DNA of 64,000 bases from Flavobacteriales bacterium (GTDB taxonomy: Bacteria; Bacteroidota; Bacteroidia; Flavobacteriales; UBA7430), in contig CBFIGX010000003.1 of the NCBI GenBank assembly GCA_965662265.1, forward strand, positions 83,511-147,510, written 5' to 3'. Of this stretch, positions 56,064 to 64,000 are shown piece after piece. The position numbers and the translations under genes are program-made. Position 1 is the first letter of the stretch, and each line of letters begins with the position of its first letter. The notes under the pieces were generated by a model. It did no database searches and was not told the origin of the DNA. It was given only the letters and a program-made list of their open reading frames with translations.

Positions 56064-56411
56064 GTGACAGAAGTTAATTCTAAAAAATGGACCGCATACA
56101 AGGCTAAAATGGTTAAAGCTATTTATGCCAAAAAACTTGTGCCAAAAAACGTGATAGAAGCTTCCTGGAAAATGATCTTATATGTTGCAGCTATGGCTAT
56201 TGTTGTCATTTACAGTTCACATAGTGTAGATCAAAAAGTAATGGTTATCAGTAAGTTAAATGAGCGGATAAAAGATTTGCGTTCTCAGCACATAGATATG
56301 AGGACTCAGCTAATGACACAGAGTAAAGTAACAAGGGTATCTGAAGAGGTTAAAGATATTGGCTTGGTAGAATCTCTACAAGCTCCATATAAAATAGTCA
56401 TACAAAATTAG
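56064..56411 (+). CDS. ftsL: FtsL-like cell-division protein
   Basis: 115 codons from a GTG. It has a single TM segment (ILYVAAMAIVVIY) followed by a coiled-coil-like stretch, and it lies between rsmH and ftsI. Confidence 0.55.
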   Translation: MTEVNSKKWTAYKAKMVKAIYAKKLVPKNVIEASWKMILYVAAMAIVVIYSSHSVDQKVMVISKLNERIKDLRSQHIDMRTQLMTQSKVTRVSEEVKDIGLVESLQAPYKIVIQN

Positions 56412-56413
56412 TT

Positions 56414-58471
56414 ATGGAAAATAAAAAAGCCATATTTCTACGTGTAATGGTAATTAGTTCTCTGATCTTATTATCTGGTATGGCTATATTTTTCAAGTTG
56501 GTTAGCATTCAAACAAAACTTTCAGAAACAGTCAATCTTAATGATCCAATTATTCAGTTGAAAGACATTCCCTCTTCTAGAGGAAATATTTATGATGTAA
56601 ATGGAAGTTTGTTGGCTACTTCTATGCCAGTGTATACTATAGCCATTGACGTTACCCAAGTTTCAGATACCTTATTTGAAAATAATTATAAGCAATTAGC
56701 TTCTGGATTAGAATCTATTTTTCATCAATCAAGTGCAGCTGAATTTAAAGTTAAACTTAGGAATGCTAGACAATCGGGTAAACAGTATTTAAAGTTGAAG
56801 TCGGATGTAAGATTTTCTCAACTTCAACAAGTAAAGTTGTTGCCTATATTACGAAAGGGACGATACGGAGGTGGTTTTGTTTATAAACAACAAACAAAAC
56901 GCACAAAACCTTTTGGTAATTTATGTCAGCGAACTATTGGATATGGAAGAGAGGTAGGTGATGTTGGAATTGAGAAGGCTTACGATCATTATCTCAAAGG
57001 TGTAAAAGGCCTTCAATTAATGCAAAAAATTAATGGCGGTATATGGAAGCCCTTAAATAACACAAATGATGTGGAACCAGTTTCTGGCTCAGATGTCTAC
57101 TCCACGATAGACATAAAAATTCAAGATATAGCTCAAAAAGCCTTGTTAAGGAGTTTGGAGAAGTTTGAAGCTGAAAATGGATCAATTATTCTTATGGATG
57201 TAAAGACTGGCGCAATTCGAGCGATGTCAAGTCTAGAAAGAACGGATCAAGGAACATACGCAGAGAAATACAATCATGCATTTGGTGCAGCATATGAACC
57301 TGGCTCAACCTTCAAGCTGGCTTCATTGTTAGTGGCACTTGAGGACGGCGTTGTTGATACTTCAAGTATTGTTGATACTAAAAATGGAGCGTTTGATTTT
57401 TATGATAGAACAATGTATGATTCTAATTATAAAAAAGGAGGTTCTGGGAAGATTAGTGTTGGTAAAGCCTTCGAGGTATCTTCAAATATTGGAATTGCAA
57501 GGACTATAGTTGATAATTATAAAAGCAACCCTCAACGTTTTATAGACAGACTCTCTAGAATTGGAATAAGCCAGAAGTTAGATTTTGAATTACTCGGAGA
57601 AGCAGCACCAATTATAAAAAACACAAACGATAACAGTTGGTCTGGTGTTTCATTACCATGGATGGCATTTGGATATGAACTTAAAATGACAGCTCTACAA
57701 ATACTTGCCTTTTACAATGCGGTTGCAAACAATGGTGAATTTGTTAAACCAAGACTAGTCGATCGTATTCAACAAGGGGGTAAGATTATAGAAAATAAAA
57801 GAGTCCAGATTCTAAAACCTAGTATTTGCTCAAATGAGACCATTGCTATTTTACAAGCTCTGTTAACGGGTGTTGTAGAGCGTGGTACTGCATCGAATAT
57901 CTACTCAAATCAGTTTTCTTGTGCGGGTAAAACCGGTACAGCTAAAATAGCTAGTGAAGGAGGTTATGGTTCTGAATATAGAGCATCATTTGCAGGATAT
58001 TTTCCTGCAAACAACCCAAAATATTCGTGTATGGTTGTTGTTAGTAAACCCAATAAAGATATCGGATTTTATGGAAATATAGTAGCTGCTCCCGTATTTC
58101 AAGAATTAAGAGATTTATTATATGCTGAAGAGCCAATTCCTGTTCCAGCGTCTACTGATGCACATCAAAAGTATTACGTAGCCAAATTAAGTGAGTTAAA
58201 TGCGATACATAAAGAGTTAGACTATCAAACATACGATGATGGTCTCAATAATTCATTGTTAAGTATTAATGCTGGGCAGCTTAATGCGTTAACTCTTAGA
58301 GATAATAAAATGCCAAATTTAAAAGGAATGTCTGCAATGGATGCGCTTTATATTTTAGAAAATATGGGTATAAATGTAGATATATCTGGTCAGGGTAAAG
58401 TTGTATACCAATCTGTAAAAGAGGGTAAACAGCTAAGTGATAATCATAAAATTATACTCCACTTATCATAA
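56414..58471 (+). CDS. ftsI: peptidoglycan D,D-transpeptidase FtsI (class B PBP) with a C-terminal PASTA domain
   Basis: 685 aa with an N-terminal TM segment. It has the SxxK (GSTFK), SxN (SSN) and KTG (GKTGTA) motifs. The last 55 aa or so (58310..58468, MPNLKGMSAMDALYILENMGINVDISGQGKV...) look like PASTA. Confidence 0.9.
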   Translation: MENKKAIFLRVMVISSLILLSGMAIFFKLVSIQTKLSETVNLNDPIIQLKDIPSSRGNIYDVNGSLLATSMPVYTIAIDVTQVSDTLFENNYKQLASGLESIFHQSSAAEFKVKLRNARQSGKQYLKLKSDVRFSQLQQVKLLPILRKGRYGGGFVYKQQTKRTKPFGNLCQRTIGYGREVGDVGIEKAYDHYLKGVKGLQLMQKINGGIWKPLNNTNDVEPVSGSDVYSTIDIKIQDIAQKALLRSLEKFEAENGSIILMDVKTGAIRAMSSLERTDQGTYAEKYNHAFGAAYEPGSTFKLASLLVALEDGVVDTSSIVDTKNGAFDFYDRTMYDSNYKKGGSGKISVGKAFEVSSNIGIARTIVDNYKSNPQRFIDRLSRIGISQKLDFELLGEAAPIIKNTNDNSWSGVSLPWMAFGYELKMTALQILAFYNAVANNGEFVKPRLVDRIQQGGKIIENKRVQILKPSICSNETIAILQALLTGVVERGTASNIYSNQFSCAGKTGTAKIASEGGYGSEYRASFAGYFPANNPKYSCMVVVSKPNKDIGFYGNIVAAPVFQELRDLLYAEEPIPVPASTDAHQKYYVAKLSELNAIHKELDYQTYDDGLNNSLLSINAGQLNALTLRDNKMPNLKGMSAMDALYILENMGINVDISGQGKVVYQSVKEGKQLSDNHKIILHLS

Positions 58472-59925
58472 TGAAGTTGTTAAAGGACATATTATATAAG
58501 GTAGATCTTAAGCAAATAATGGGTGATACAAATTTGGCGATACCTCATATTTGTTTTGATTCACGTGAGGTTCAAAAAGATTCTCTTTTTGTTGCAATTA
58601 AAGGTTCTATTGTTGATGGTCATAGCTATATAGAGCAGGCCATTAATGACGGCGCTATTTCTATCGTTTGTGAGGATTGGCCTAAGACTTTTGTACCCAA
58701 TGTTAGCTATATTCAGGTTAGAAACTCAGGAGAAGCTTTAGGCGTTATTTCATCTAATTATTACAACAACCCTTCCGAATCAATTCAGTTGGTTGGTGTG
58801 ACTGGAACTAATGGAAAAACTACTGTAGTAAGTCTATTACACAAATTGTTTCAAGCTCTTGGCTATAATGCTGGATTAATCTCTACGGTTGTTTACAAAC
58901 AAGGAACAAAAACCATTACTTCTTCTCATACAACACCTAATGCCATTCGCTTAAATGCAATGCTAAGAGAAATGGTAGATTCAGGTTGTAAATATTGCTT
59001 CATGGAAGTGAGTTCGCATGCCATTGATCAAGGTAGAATAACAGGTTTAGATTTCAATTTAGCCTTGTATACTAATATCAGTAGAGATCATCTAGATTAT
59101 CATAAAACTTTTGACGAATACATAAGAGTAAAGAAGAGTTTTTTTGATCGCTTGTCTTCAAGCGCAATGGCTATTGTAAATGCAGATGATAAGCATGGTG
59201 CTACCATGGTCCATCACACAAAAGCAAAGCATAAAACATTTGCTCTCAGATCTGTAGCAGACTACAAGTGTAAGATTATAGAAAATGAATTTTCTGGATT
59301 ACACCTTATCTTAGATGGTAAGGAGGTATACACAAAACTAATTGGAAGTTTTAATGCTTCTAACTTATTATTAACCTATGCCACAGCTATAGAGTTAGGT
59401 GAAGATCCAGTACAAGTTCTTACAGTTTTATCTGCATTAAATGCTGTAGATGGAAGATTTCAGCAAATAAAATCAGACAATAGCACATTAGGGATAATTG
59501 ATTATGCTCATACGCCAGATGCATTACTAAATGTACTTAAAACAATATCCGATATACGATATGGTAAGGAAAAAATAATTTGTGTGGTTGGTTGTGGTGG
59601 AGATAGAGATAAAGGCAAAAGACCTTTAATGGCCAACATTGCATGTCAATGGGCAGACAAGGTCATATTAACCTCAGACAATCCAAGATCTGAAAAGCCA
59701 GAGTCAATTATTGATGATATGAAAAGTGGAATGAACAAAAAGCATCTCAATGATGTTTTATCAGTTCCAGATAGAAAAGAGGCCATCAAACTTGCTGTTG
59801 CTTTATCGCAACCTGGTGATGTTGTTTTAGTTGCTGGAAAGGGTCATGAAAAGTACCAAGAAATTAATGGTGAACGCTATGATTTCGATGATTATCAAGT
59901 GTTAAATGAGTTGTTAAACAGTTAG
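58471..59925 (+). CDS. murE: UDP-N-acetylmuramoyl-L-alanyl-D-glutamate--2,6-diaminopimelate ligase
   Basis: 484 aa. It has GVTGTNGKTT, and DNPR (TSDNPRSE) is consistent with meso-DAP specificity. Confidence 0.92.
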   Translation: MKLLKDILYKVDLKQIMGDTNLAIPHICFDSREVQKDSLFVAIKGSIVDGHSYIEQAINDGAISIVCEDWPKTFVPNVSYIQVRNSGEALGVISSNYYNNPSESIQLVGVTGTNGKTTVVSLLHKLFQALGYNAGLISTVVYKQGTKTITSSHTTPNAIRLNAMLREMVDSGCKYCFMEVSSHAIDQGRITGLDFNLALYTNISRDHLDYHKTFDEYIRVKKSFFDRLSSSAMAIVNADDKHGATMVHHTKAKHKTFALRSVADYKCKIIENEFSGLHLILDGKEVYTKLIGSFNASNLLLTYATAIELGEDPVQVLTVLSALNAVDGRFQQIKSDNSTLGIIDYAHTPDALLNVLKTISDIRYGKEKIICVVGCGGDRDKGKRPLMANIACQWADKVILTSDNPRSEKPESIIDDMKSGMNKKHLNDVLSVPDRKEAIKLAVALSQPGDVVLVAGKGHEKYQEINGERYDFDDYQVLNELLNS

Positions 59926-59928
59926 TAT

Positions 59929-61143
59929 ATGCTATATTACTTGTTCACATATTTACATGAAATATTTGATTTCCCTGGTGCAGGGGTATTTCAATACATT
60001 TCTTTCAGAGCTGCTATAGCTGTAATTACATCGCTACTAATTTCTTTATTTTTTGGAAAGAGAGTAATTGCTTTTTTATCTAAAAAGCAAGTAGGTGAAA
60101 GTATAAGAGACTTAGGTTTAGATGGTCAAGTAGAAAAATCAGGTACGCCAACAATGGGTGGCGTAATCATATTAAGTGCTATTTTAATTCCAACAATTTT
60201 ATTTGCAAAGCTTGATAATATTTACATCATATTGATGATAATAACTACGATATGGATGGGCTTAATAGGGTTTTTAGATGACTATATTAAAGTGTTTAAG
60301 AAAGAAAAAAAAGGCTTAGCTGGAAGGTTTAAGATATTAGGGCAAGTTTCATTAGGTATTATTGTAGGTTCGATTATGTATTTGCATCCAGATATTGTGG
60401 TAAGAGAGCAAATCGATACAAATGGGCAGTCTAATCTTGCGGTCTATGAAGAGCTAGATTTGAAATCTACTAAAACAACTATTCCATTTGTAAAAAACAA
60501 TGAATTTGATTATTCAAACTTAATCTCTTGGTCAGGTGAAAACAACAAAGATTATGCATGGTTAATTTTCATTCCTATTGTAATATTTATTGTTACTGCA
60601 GTGTCTAATGGCGCCAATTTAACGGATGGTATAGATGGGCTTGCAACAGGTGTTTCAGCCATAATAGGCTTAGTCTTGGCCATATTTGCATATGTTTCTG
60701 GTAATATAATTTTCGCCGATTATCTAAATATTATGTATATCCCATACTCTGGTGAGCTCGTTATTTTTATAGGTGCATTTGTGGGTGCCTGCGTTGGGTT
60801 TTTGTGGTATAATTCTTTTCCTGCACAAGTATTTATGGGTGATACAGGTAGTTTGGCTATAGGTGGGATTATTGCTGTATTTGCTATCGCAATTCGCAAG
60901 GAGTTACTCATCCCAATAGTTTGTGGTGTTTTCTTAGTAGAGAATTTATCTGTTGTTCTTCAAGTAAGCTATTTTAAGTACACTAGAAAAAAGTATGGTG
61001 TTGGTAAGAGGCTATTTTTAATGTCTCCACTTCATCATCATTATCAAAAAGCCGGTATACACGAGAGTAAAATTGTTACCCGATTTTGGATTGCAGGGAT
61101 TATGCTTGCCATATTAAGTTTTGTAACCTTAAAACTGCGGTAA
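59929..61143 (+). CDS. mraY: phospho-N-acetylmuramoyl-pentapeptide transferase
   Basis: 404 aa and polytopic. It has [26 protein letters not shown] and PLHHH. Confidence 0.93.
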   Translation: MLYYLFTYLHEIFDFPGAGVFQYISFRAAIAVITSLLISLFFGKRVIAFLSKKQVGESIRDLGLDGQVEKSGTPTMGGVIILSAILIPTILFAKLDNIYIILMIITTIWMGLIGFLDDYIKVFKKEKKGLAGRFKILGQVSLGIIVGSIMYLHPDIVVREQIDTNGQSNLAVYEELDLKSTKTTIPFVKNNEFDYSNLISWSGENNKDYAWLIFIPIVIFIVTAVSNGANLTDGIDGLATGVSAIIGLVLAIFAYVSGNIIFADYLNIMYIPYSGELVIFIGAFVGACVGFLWYNSFPAQVFMGDTGSLAIGGIIAVFAIAIRKELLIPIVCGVFLVENLSVVLQVSYFKYTRKKYGVGKRLFLMSPLHHHYQKAGIHESKIVTRFWIAGIMLAILSFVTLKLR

Positions 61144-61144
61144 T

Positions 61145-62461
61145 ATGCTTGTAGTATTAGGCGCAGGAGAAAGTGGTGTTGGAGCTGCATTACTAGGGCA
61201 CAAACTAGGCATGAGCGTTTTTGTAAGTGATGCAGGCCTCATAAACGATTCAAGAAAGATTGAGCTTGATGATATTGGTGTTCGTTGGGAAGAAGGTAGA
61301 CACACGGAGGATAAAGTTTTGAATGCATCAATAGTCGTGAAAAGTCCTGGGATACCTGATACAGAATTAATAGACAAAGTAATACATGCCGATATAGAGC
61401 TTGTTTCGGAAATTGAATTTGCGTCTAGATATACACATGGGAAGATAATTGCCATTACAGGTAGTAATGGTAAAACAACAACAGCAAGTTTATGTTACCA
61501 TATACTTAAGCGTAATGGGTTAGATGTAACACTTGCAGGAAATATAGGAGTGAGTTTTTCGAGGTGTCTTGCACAAAACGAAAGTGATTATTGGGTTTTA
61601 GAGTTGAGTAGTTTCCAGCTAGACCACATTATTCATTTTAGACCTGATATTGCTCTAGTGCTAAATATCAGTCCTGATCATCTAGATAGGTATGATGGTT
61701 CGATAGAGAATTATATAAGAGCTAAAATGCGCATAACAGAAAACCAGACATCAGAAGATAGTTTTATTTACTGCAATGGTGATTCAAACATATTAAAGTA
61801 CTTAAAGGGTGTTCGGTCAACAAAATATTCATTTGGGAACCAAAACATTACCCAAGGAGCGCAACTAAATAAAGACAAAATAAGTATCCACATAAAAGAA
61901 GATCAACTACATATGACGATTCATGAATTAGCCCTCCAGGGCAAGCATAATTACTACAACTCCATGGCTGGAGGCATCGCGGCAAAGTTATTAGGAATAT
62001 CTAACGAAATAGTCCGGGAGTGTTTGTCGGATTTTGAAAAAATAGAACATAGGCTTGAGCCAGTAATGAAAGTATATGGTGTAAACTACATTAACGATTC
62101 TAAAGCTACAAATGTAAATGCTTCTTGGTATGCTCTAGACAGTATGACAAATCCTGTGGTATGGATCTGTGGAGGTGTTGATAAGGGTAACGATTACTCT
62201 GATCTAATTCCCATAGTAAGAGAGAAAGTAAAGGCAATCGTTTGTTTGGGTACTGATAATAGTAAAATTATTGAAGCATTTGGAGAAATTGTGGATACTA
62301 TTATTGATACTAGTGATATGAAATCTGCTGTGCAGTCATCTTATAAATTGGCATCAAAAAATGATGTTGTACTTCTTTCTCCTGCGTGTGCTAGTTTTGA
62401 TTTATTCTCAAACTATGAAGAGAGAGGTCGTCAGTTTAAAAAACAAATTAGACTTTTATAG
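61145..62461 (+). CDS. murD: UDP-N-acetylmuramoylalanine--D-glutamate ligase
   Basis: 438 aa. It has VLGAGESGVGAA, ITGSNGKTTT and NDSKATN. Confidence 0.92.
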   Translation: MLVVLGAGESGVGAALLGHKLGMSVFVSDAGLINDSRKIELDDIGVRWEEGRHTEDKVLNASIVVKSPGIPDTELIDKVIHADIELVSEIEFASRYTHGKIIAITGSNGKTTTASLCYHILKRNGLDVTLAGNIGVSFSRCLAQNESDYWVLELSSFQLDHIIHFRPDIALVLNISPDHLDRYDGSIENYIRAKMRITENQTSEDSFIYCNGDSNILKYLKGVRSTKYSFGNQNITQGAQLNKDKISIHIKEDQLHMTIHELALQGKHNYYNSMAGGIAAKLLGISNEIVRECLSDFEKIEHRLEPVMKVYGVNYINDSKATNVNASWYALDSMTNPVVWICGGVDKGNDYSDLIPIVREKVKAIVCLGTDNSKIIEAFGEIVDTIIDTSDMKSAVQSSYKLASKNDVVLLSPACASFDLFSNYEERGRQFKKQIRLL

Positions 62462-62464
62462 GAT

Positions 62465-63622
62465 TTGAACTTACTAGCTTACATAAAGGGAGATAAATAC
62501 ATTTGGGCTTTAGTTACTATACTATCATTGGTTTCTATTGTTTTAGTGTACAGTTCTAGTAGTCATTTAGCATTTGCATTTAAGCAGGGCAATACCTTTA
62601 TTTTTTTAATCAAGCATGTAATTCATTTAGGAATAGGGTTCTTTATCATGTTCGCATTGTCACGCATACCTTTTAAATATTTTTACAATTCATCAATATT
62701 AATATTTTGGCTTTCGATAATACTAATAATATGGGCCATAAGTGGAGGAGAAACAATTGATGGGGCTAATGCAAGTCGATGGGTTCGTATTGCCGGTTTT
62801 ACTTTTCAACCTTCAGAACTTGCAAAAGTTGCATTATTTGTTTTGCTAGCAAGAAATCTTGTTCACTATAAAGATATACTCTATTCGTTTAAAAAGTCTT
62901 TTGTACCCATATTAGGGCCAGTTATACTAATATGCTTACTTATCTTACCTTCTAATTTCTCCACAGCTGCAATTATTTTTTTGATTAGCTTTTTAATTTT
63001 GTTCATTGGTCAATATTCGTTAAAGGCCTTAGGTGCAATGTTATTTATTGGAGTTGCTTCATTATCCATTTTTTATGCTACCGTTACAGCATTTCCTGGA
63101 ATAAGTAATAGGGTATCCACATGGAAATCTCGTATTGAATCTTTTGCCAATGATTCTAGCAAAGGGAATTATCAAGTAAATCATGCAAAAACTGCAATAG
63201 CTAGGGGTGGTCTTTGGGGAACAGGCCCTGGAAAGAGTGTGCAAAAATATTTTTTACCCCAATCATCTTCTGATTTCGTATATGCTGTTATTGTAGAAGA
63301 GTACGGTAGAGTAGGTGGCTTGTTTGTAATAATATTATACGTGTTGCTTTTAATTCGAATTTTAAGAGTGGCAAGTCGCTGTCAAGACCATTTTGCCTTG
63401 TTAATGGTAATCGGTCTAGGATTATCAATAGTATCTCAAGCATTTATAAACATGGCTGTTGCTGTTAATCTATTACCTGTAACTGGTCAAACATTACCAC
63501 TCATAAGTGCAGGTGGTTCATCTGTATGGATGACCTGTGCAGCAATTGGACTTATATTAAGTGTTAGCAATAGTATTAAACCACAACCAATAATTAACGA
63601 TGATGAAAAAGTTTTTGATTAG
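62465..63622 (+). CDS. ftsW: peptidoglycan glycosyltransferase FtsW (SEDS family)
   Basis: 385 aa with a TTG start and about 10 TM segments. It has the SEDS motifs QPSELAK, SDFVYAVIVEE and TGQTLPLISAGGSS. Confidence 0.9.
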   Translation: MNLLAYIKGDKYIWALVTILSLVSIVLVYSSSSHLAFAFKQGNTFIFLIKHVIHLGIGFFIMFALSRIPFKYFYNSSILIFWLSIILIIWAISGGETIDGANASRWVRIAGFTFQPSELAKVALFVLLARNLVHYKDILYSFKKSFVPILGPVILICLLILPSNFSTAAIIFLISFLILFIGQYSLKALGAMLFIGVASLSIFYATVTAFPGISNRVSTWKSRIESFANDSSKGNYQVNHAKTAIARGGLWGTGPGKSVQKYFLPQSSSDFVYAVIVEEYGRVGGLFVIILYVLLLIRILRVASRCQDHFALLMVIGLGLSIVSQAFINMAVAVNLLPVTGQTLPLISAGGSSVWMTCAAIGLILSVSNSIKPQPIINDDEKVFD

Positions 63623-64000
63623 TGGAGGTGGTACTGGGGGGCATATTTTTCCGGCTCTAGCGATCGCAAAAGAATTAGAGCGACGTTATCCGGAATGTAT
63701 GTTACTTTTCGTTGGTGCATCCGATAGAATGGAAATGCAGAAAATACCGGAAGCAGGATACAAGATACAAGGACTATGGATTTCAGGATTTCAGAGATTA
63801 TTTACTATCAAGACTTTATTATTTCCGATAAAACTTTTTTGTAGCATTATAAGGTCTATAGTTATTGTTTTAAGGTATAAACCTGATGCTGTTATTGGTA
63901 CAGGCGGATTTGTTAGCGGTCCTGTATTATGGATTGCTGCTATTTTAAAAGTACCATGTTTAATTCAGGAGCAAAACTCATACCCAGGTATTACGAATAA
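63600..64000 (+). CDS. murG: UDP-N-acetylglucosamine--N-acetylmuramyl-(pentapeptide) pyrophosphoryl-undecaprenol GlcNAc transferase, N-terminal part (runs off the window end)
   Basis: My translation from ATG 63600 is MMKKFLISGGGTGGHIFPALAIAKELERRYPECMLLFVGASDRMEMQKIPEAGYKIQGL... GGTGGH.FPA is the MurG N-terminal signature. It overlaps the ftsW stop. Confidence 0.88.
   Translation, partial: MMKKFLISGGGTGGHIFPALAIAKELERRYPECMLLFVGASDRMEMQKIPEAGYKIQGLWISGFQRLFTIKTLLFPIKLFCSIIRSIVIVLRYKPDAVIGTGGFVSGPVLWIAAILKVPCLIQEQNSYPGITN

Noticed and set aside
1-64000. I searched by eye for tRNA, rRNA, tmRNA, CRISPR arrays, IS elements, integrases, phage genes and long repeats.
   Set aside because: All intergenic gaps longer than 100 bp were read. 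These were 4629-4935, 9807-9990, 13735-13917, 16810-16902, 20628-20753, 26580-26709, 33826-33944, 37374-37500, 42278-42801 and 54447-54697. None shows cloverleaf-type stems, spacer-repeat periodicity or terminal inverted repeats, and no ORF has transposase or integrase motifs. A covariance-model scan (tRNAscan-SE or Infernal) would be needed to exclude small ncRNAs.

Overview
This 64-kb window reads as an AT-rich chromosomal segment of a Bacteroidota genome, most likely Flavobacteriia. The phylum call rests on adjacent gldB-gldC gliding genes, two large secreted proteins with T9SS C-terminal sorting domains, and TAnnTTTG '-7' promoter boxes in place of -10/-35 and Shine-Dalgarno signals. About 60 genes are recognisable and nearly all are core housekeeping. 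They include ribE (partial), an MqnC/E radical-SAM enzyme, pepA, pdxA, yceD-rpmF, fabH-accB-accC, dxs, asnS-rpoN and a tight hemA-C-D-E-F operon. Also present are aspS, yraN, ldcA, metG, a GT2-pyrC-DUF4296 trio, tyrS, an OmpR/His-kinase pair and trmB. The right-hand part carries an alkyltransferase-like gene, apbC-nifU-korAB, nadE, gldBC, engB and the dcw cluster mraZ-rsmH-ftsL-ftsI-murE-mraY-murD-ftsW-murG (partial). By eye I found no rRNA, tRNA, CRISPR array, transposase, integrase or phage genes. I do not see a convincing new multi-gene system. The best accessory-like candidate is the AT-rich patch between dxs and asnS (about 9.8-13.9 kb). There an exported TPR-CHAT (caspase-like) protease gene of about 998 codons is cut by one in-frame TAA, which leaves the catalytic His codon outside both ORFs. 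It lies tail-to-tail, with a 39-bp overlap, against a single-pass anti-sigma-like TPR protein, and no ECF sigma factor is nearby. Other points worth a second look are listed here. (1) A triple GTGGT direct repeat at 10-bp phase abuts the mraZ promoter and is a likely MraZ operator. (2) Several TTG 'starts' in the ORF track are really the TTG of a TAnnTTTG promoter box. (3) The MGMT-like protein has PAHRV in place of PCHRV. (4) The dihydroorotase has Q-V-H in place of H-x-H. (5) The two T9SS cargo proteins share a Cys-bracketed 21-aa module and carry unassigned repeats. (6) A 518-bp orphan region lies upstream of the two-component system. All domain calls are motif recognition by eye, since no searches were run.
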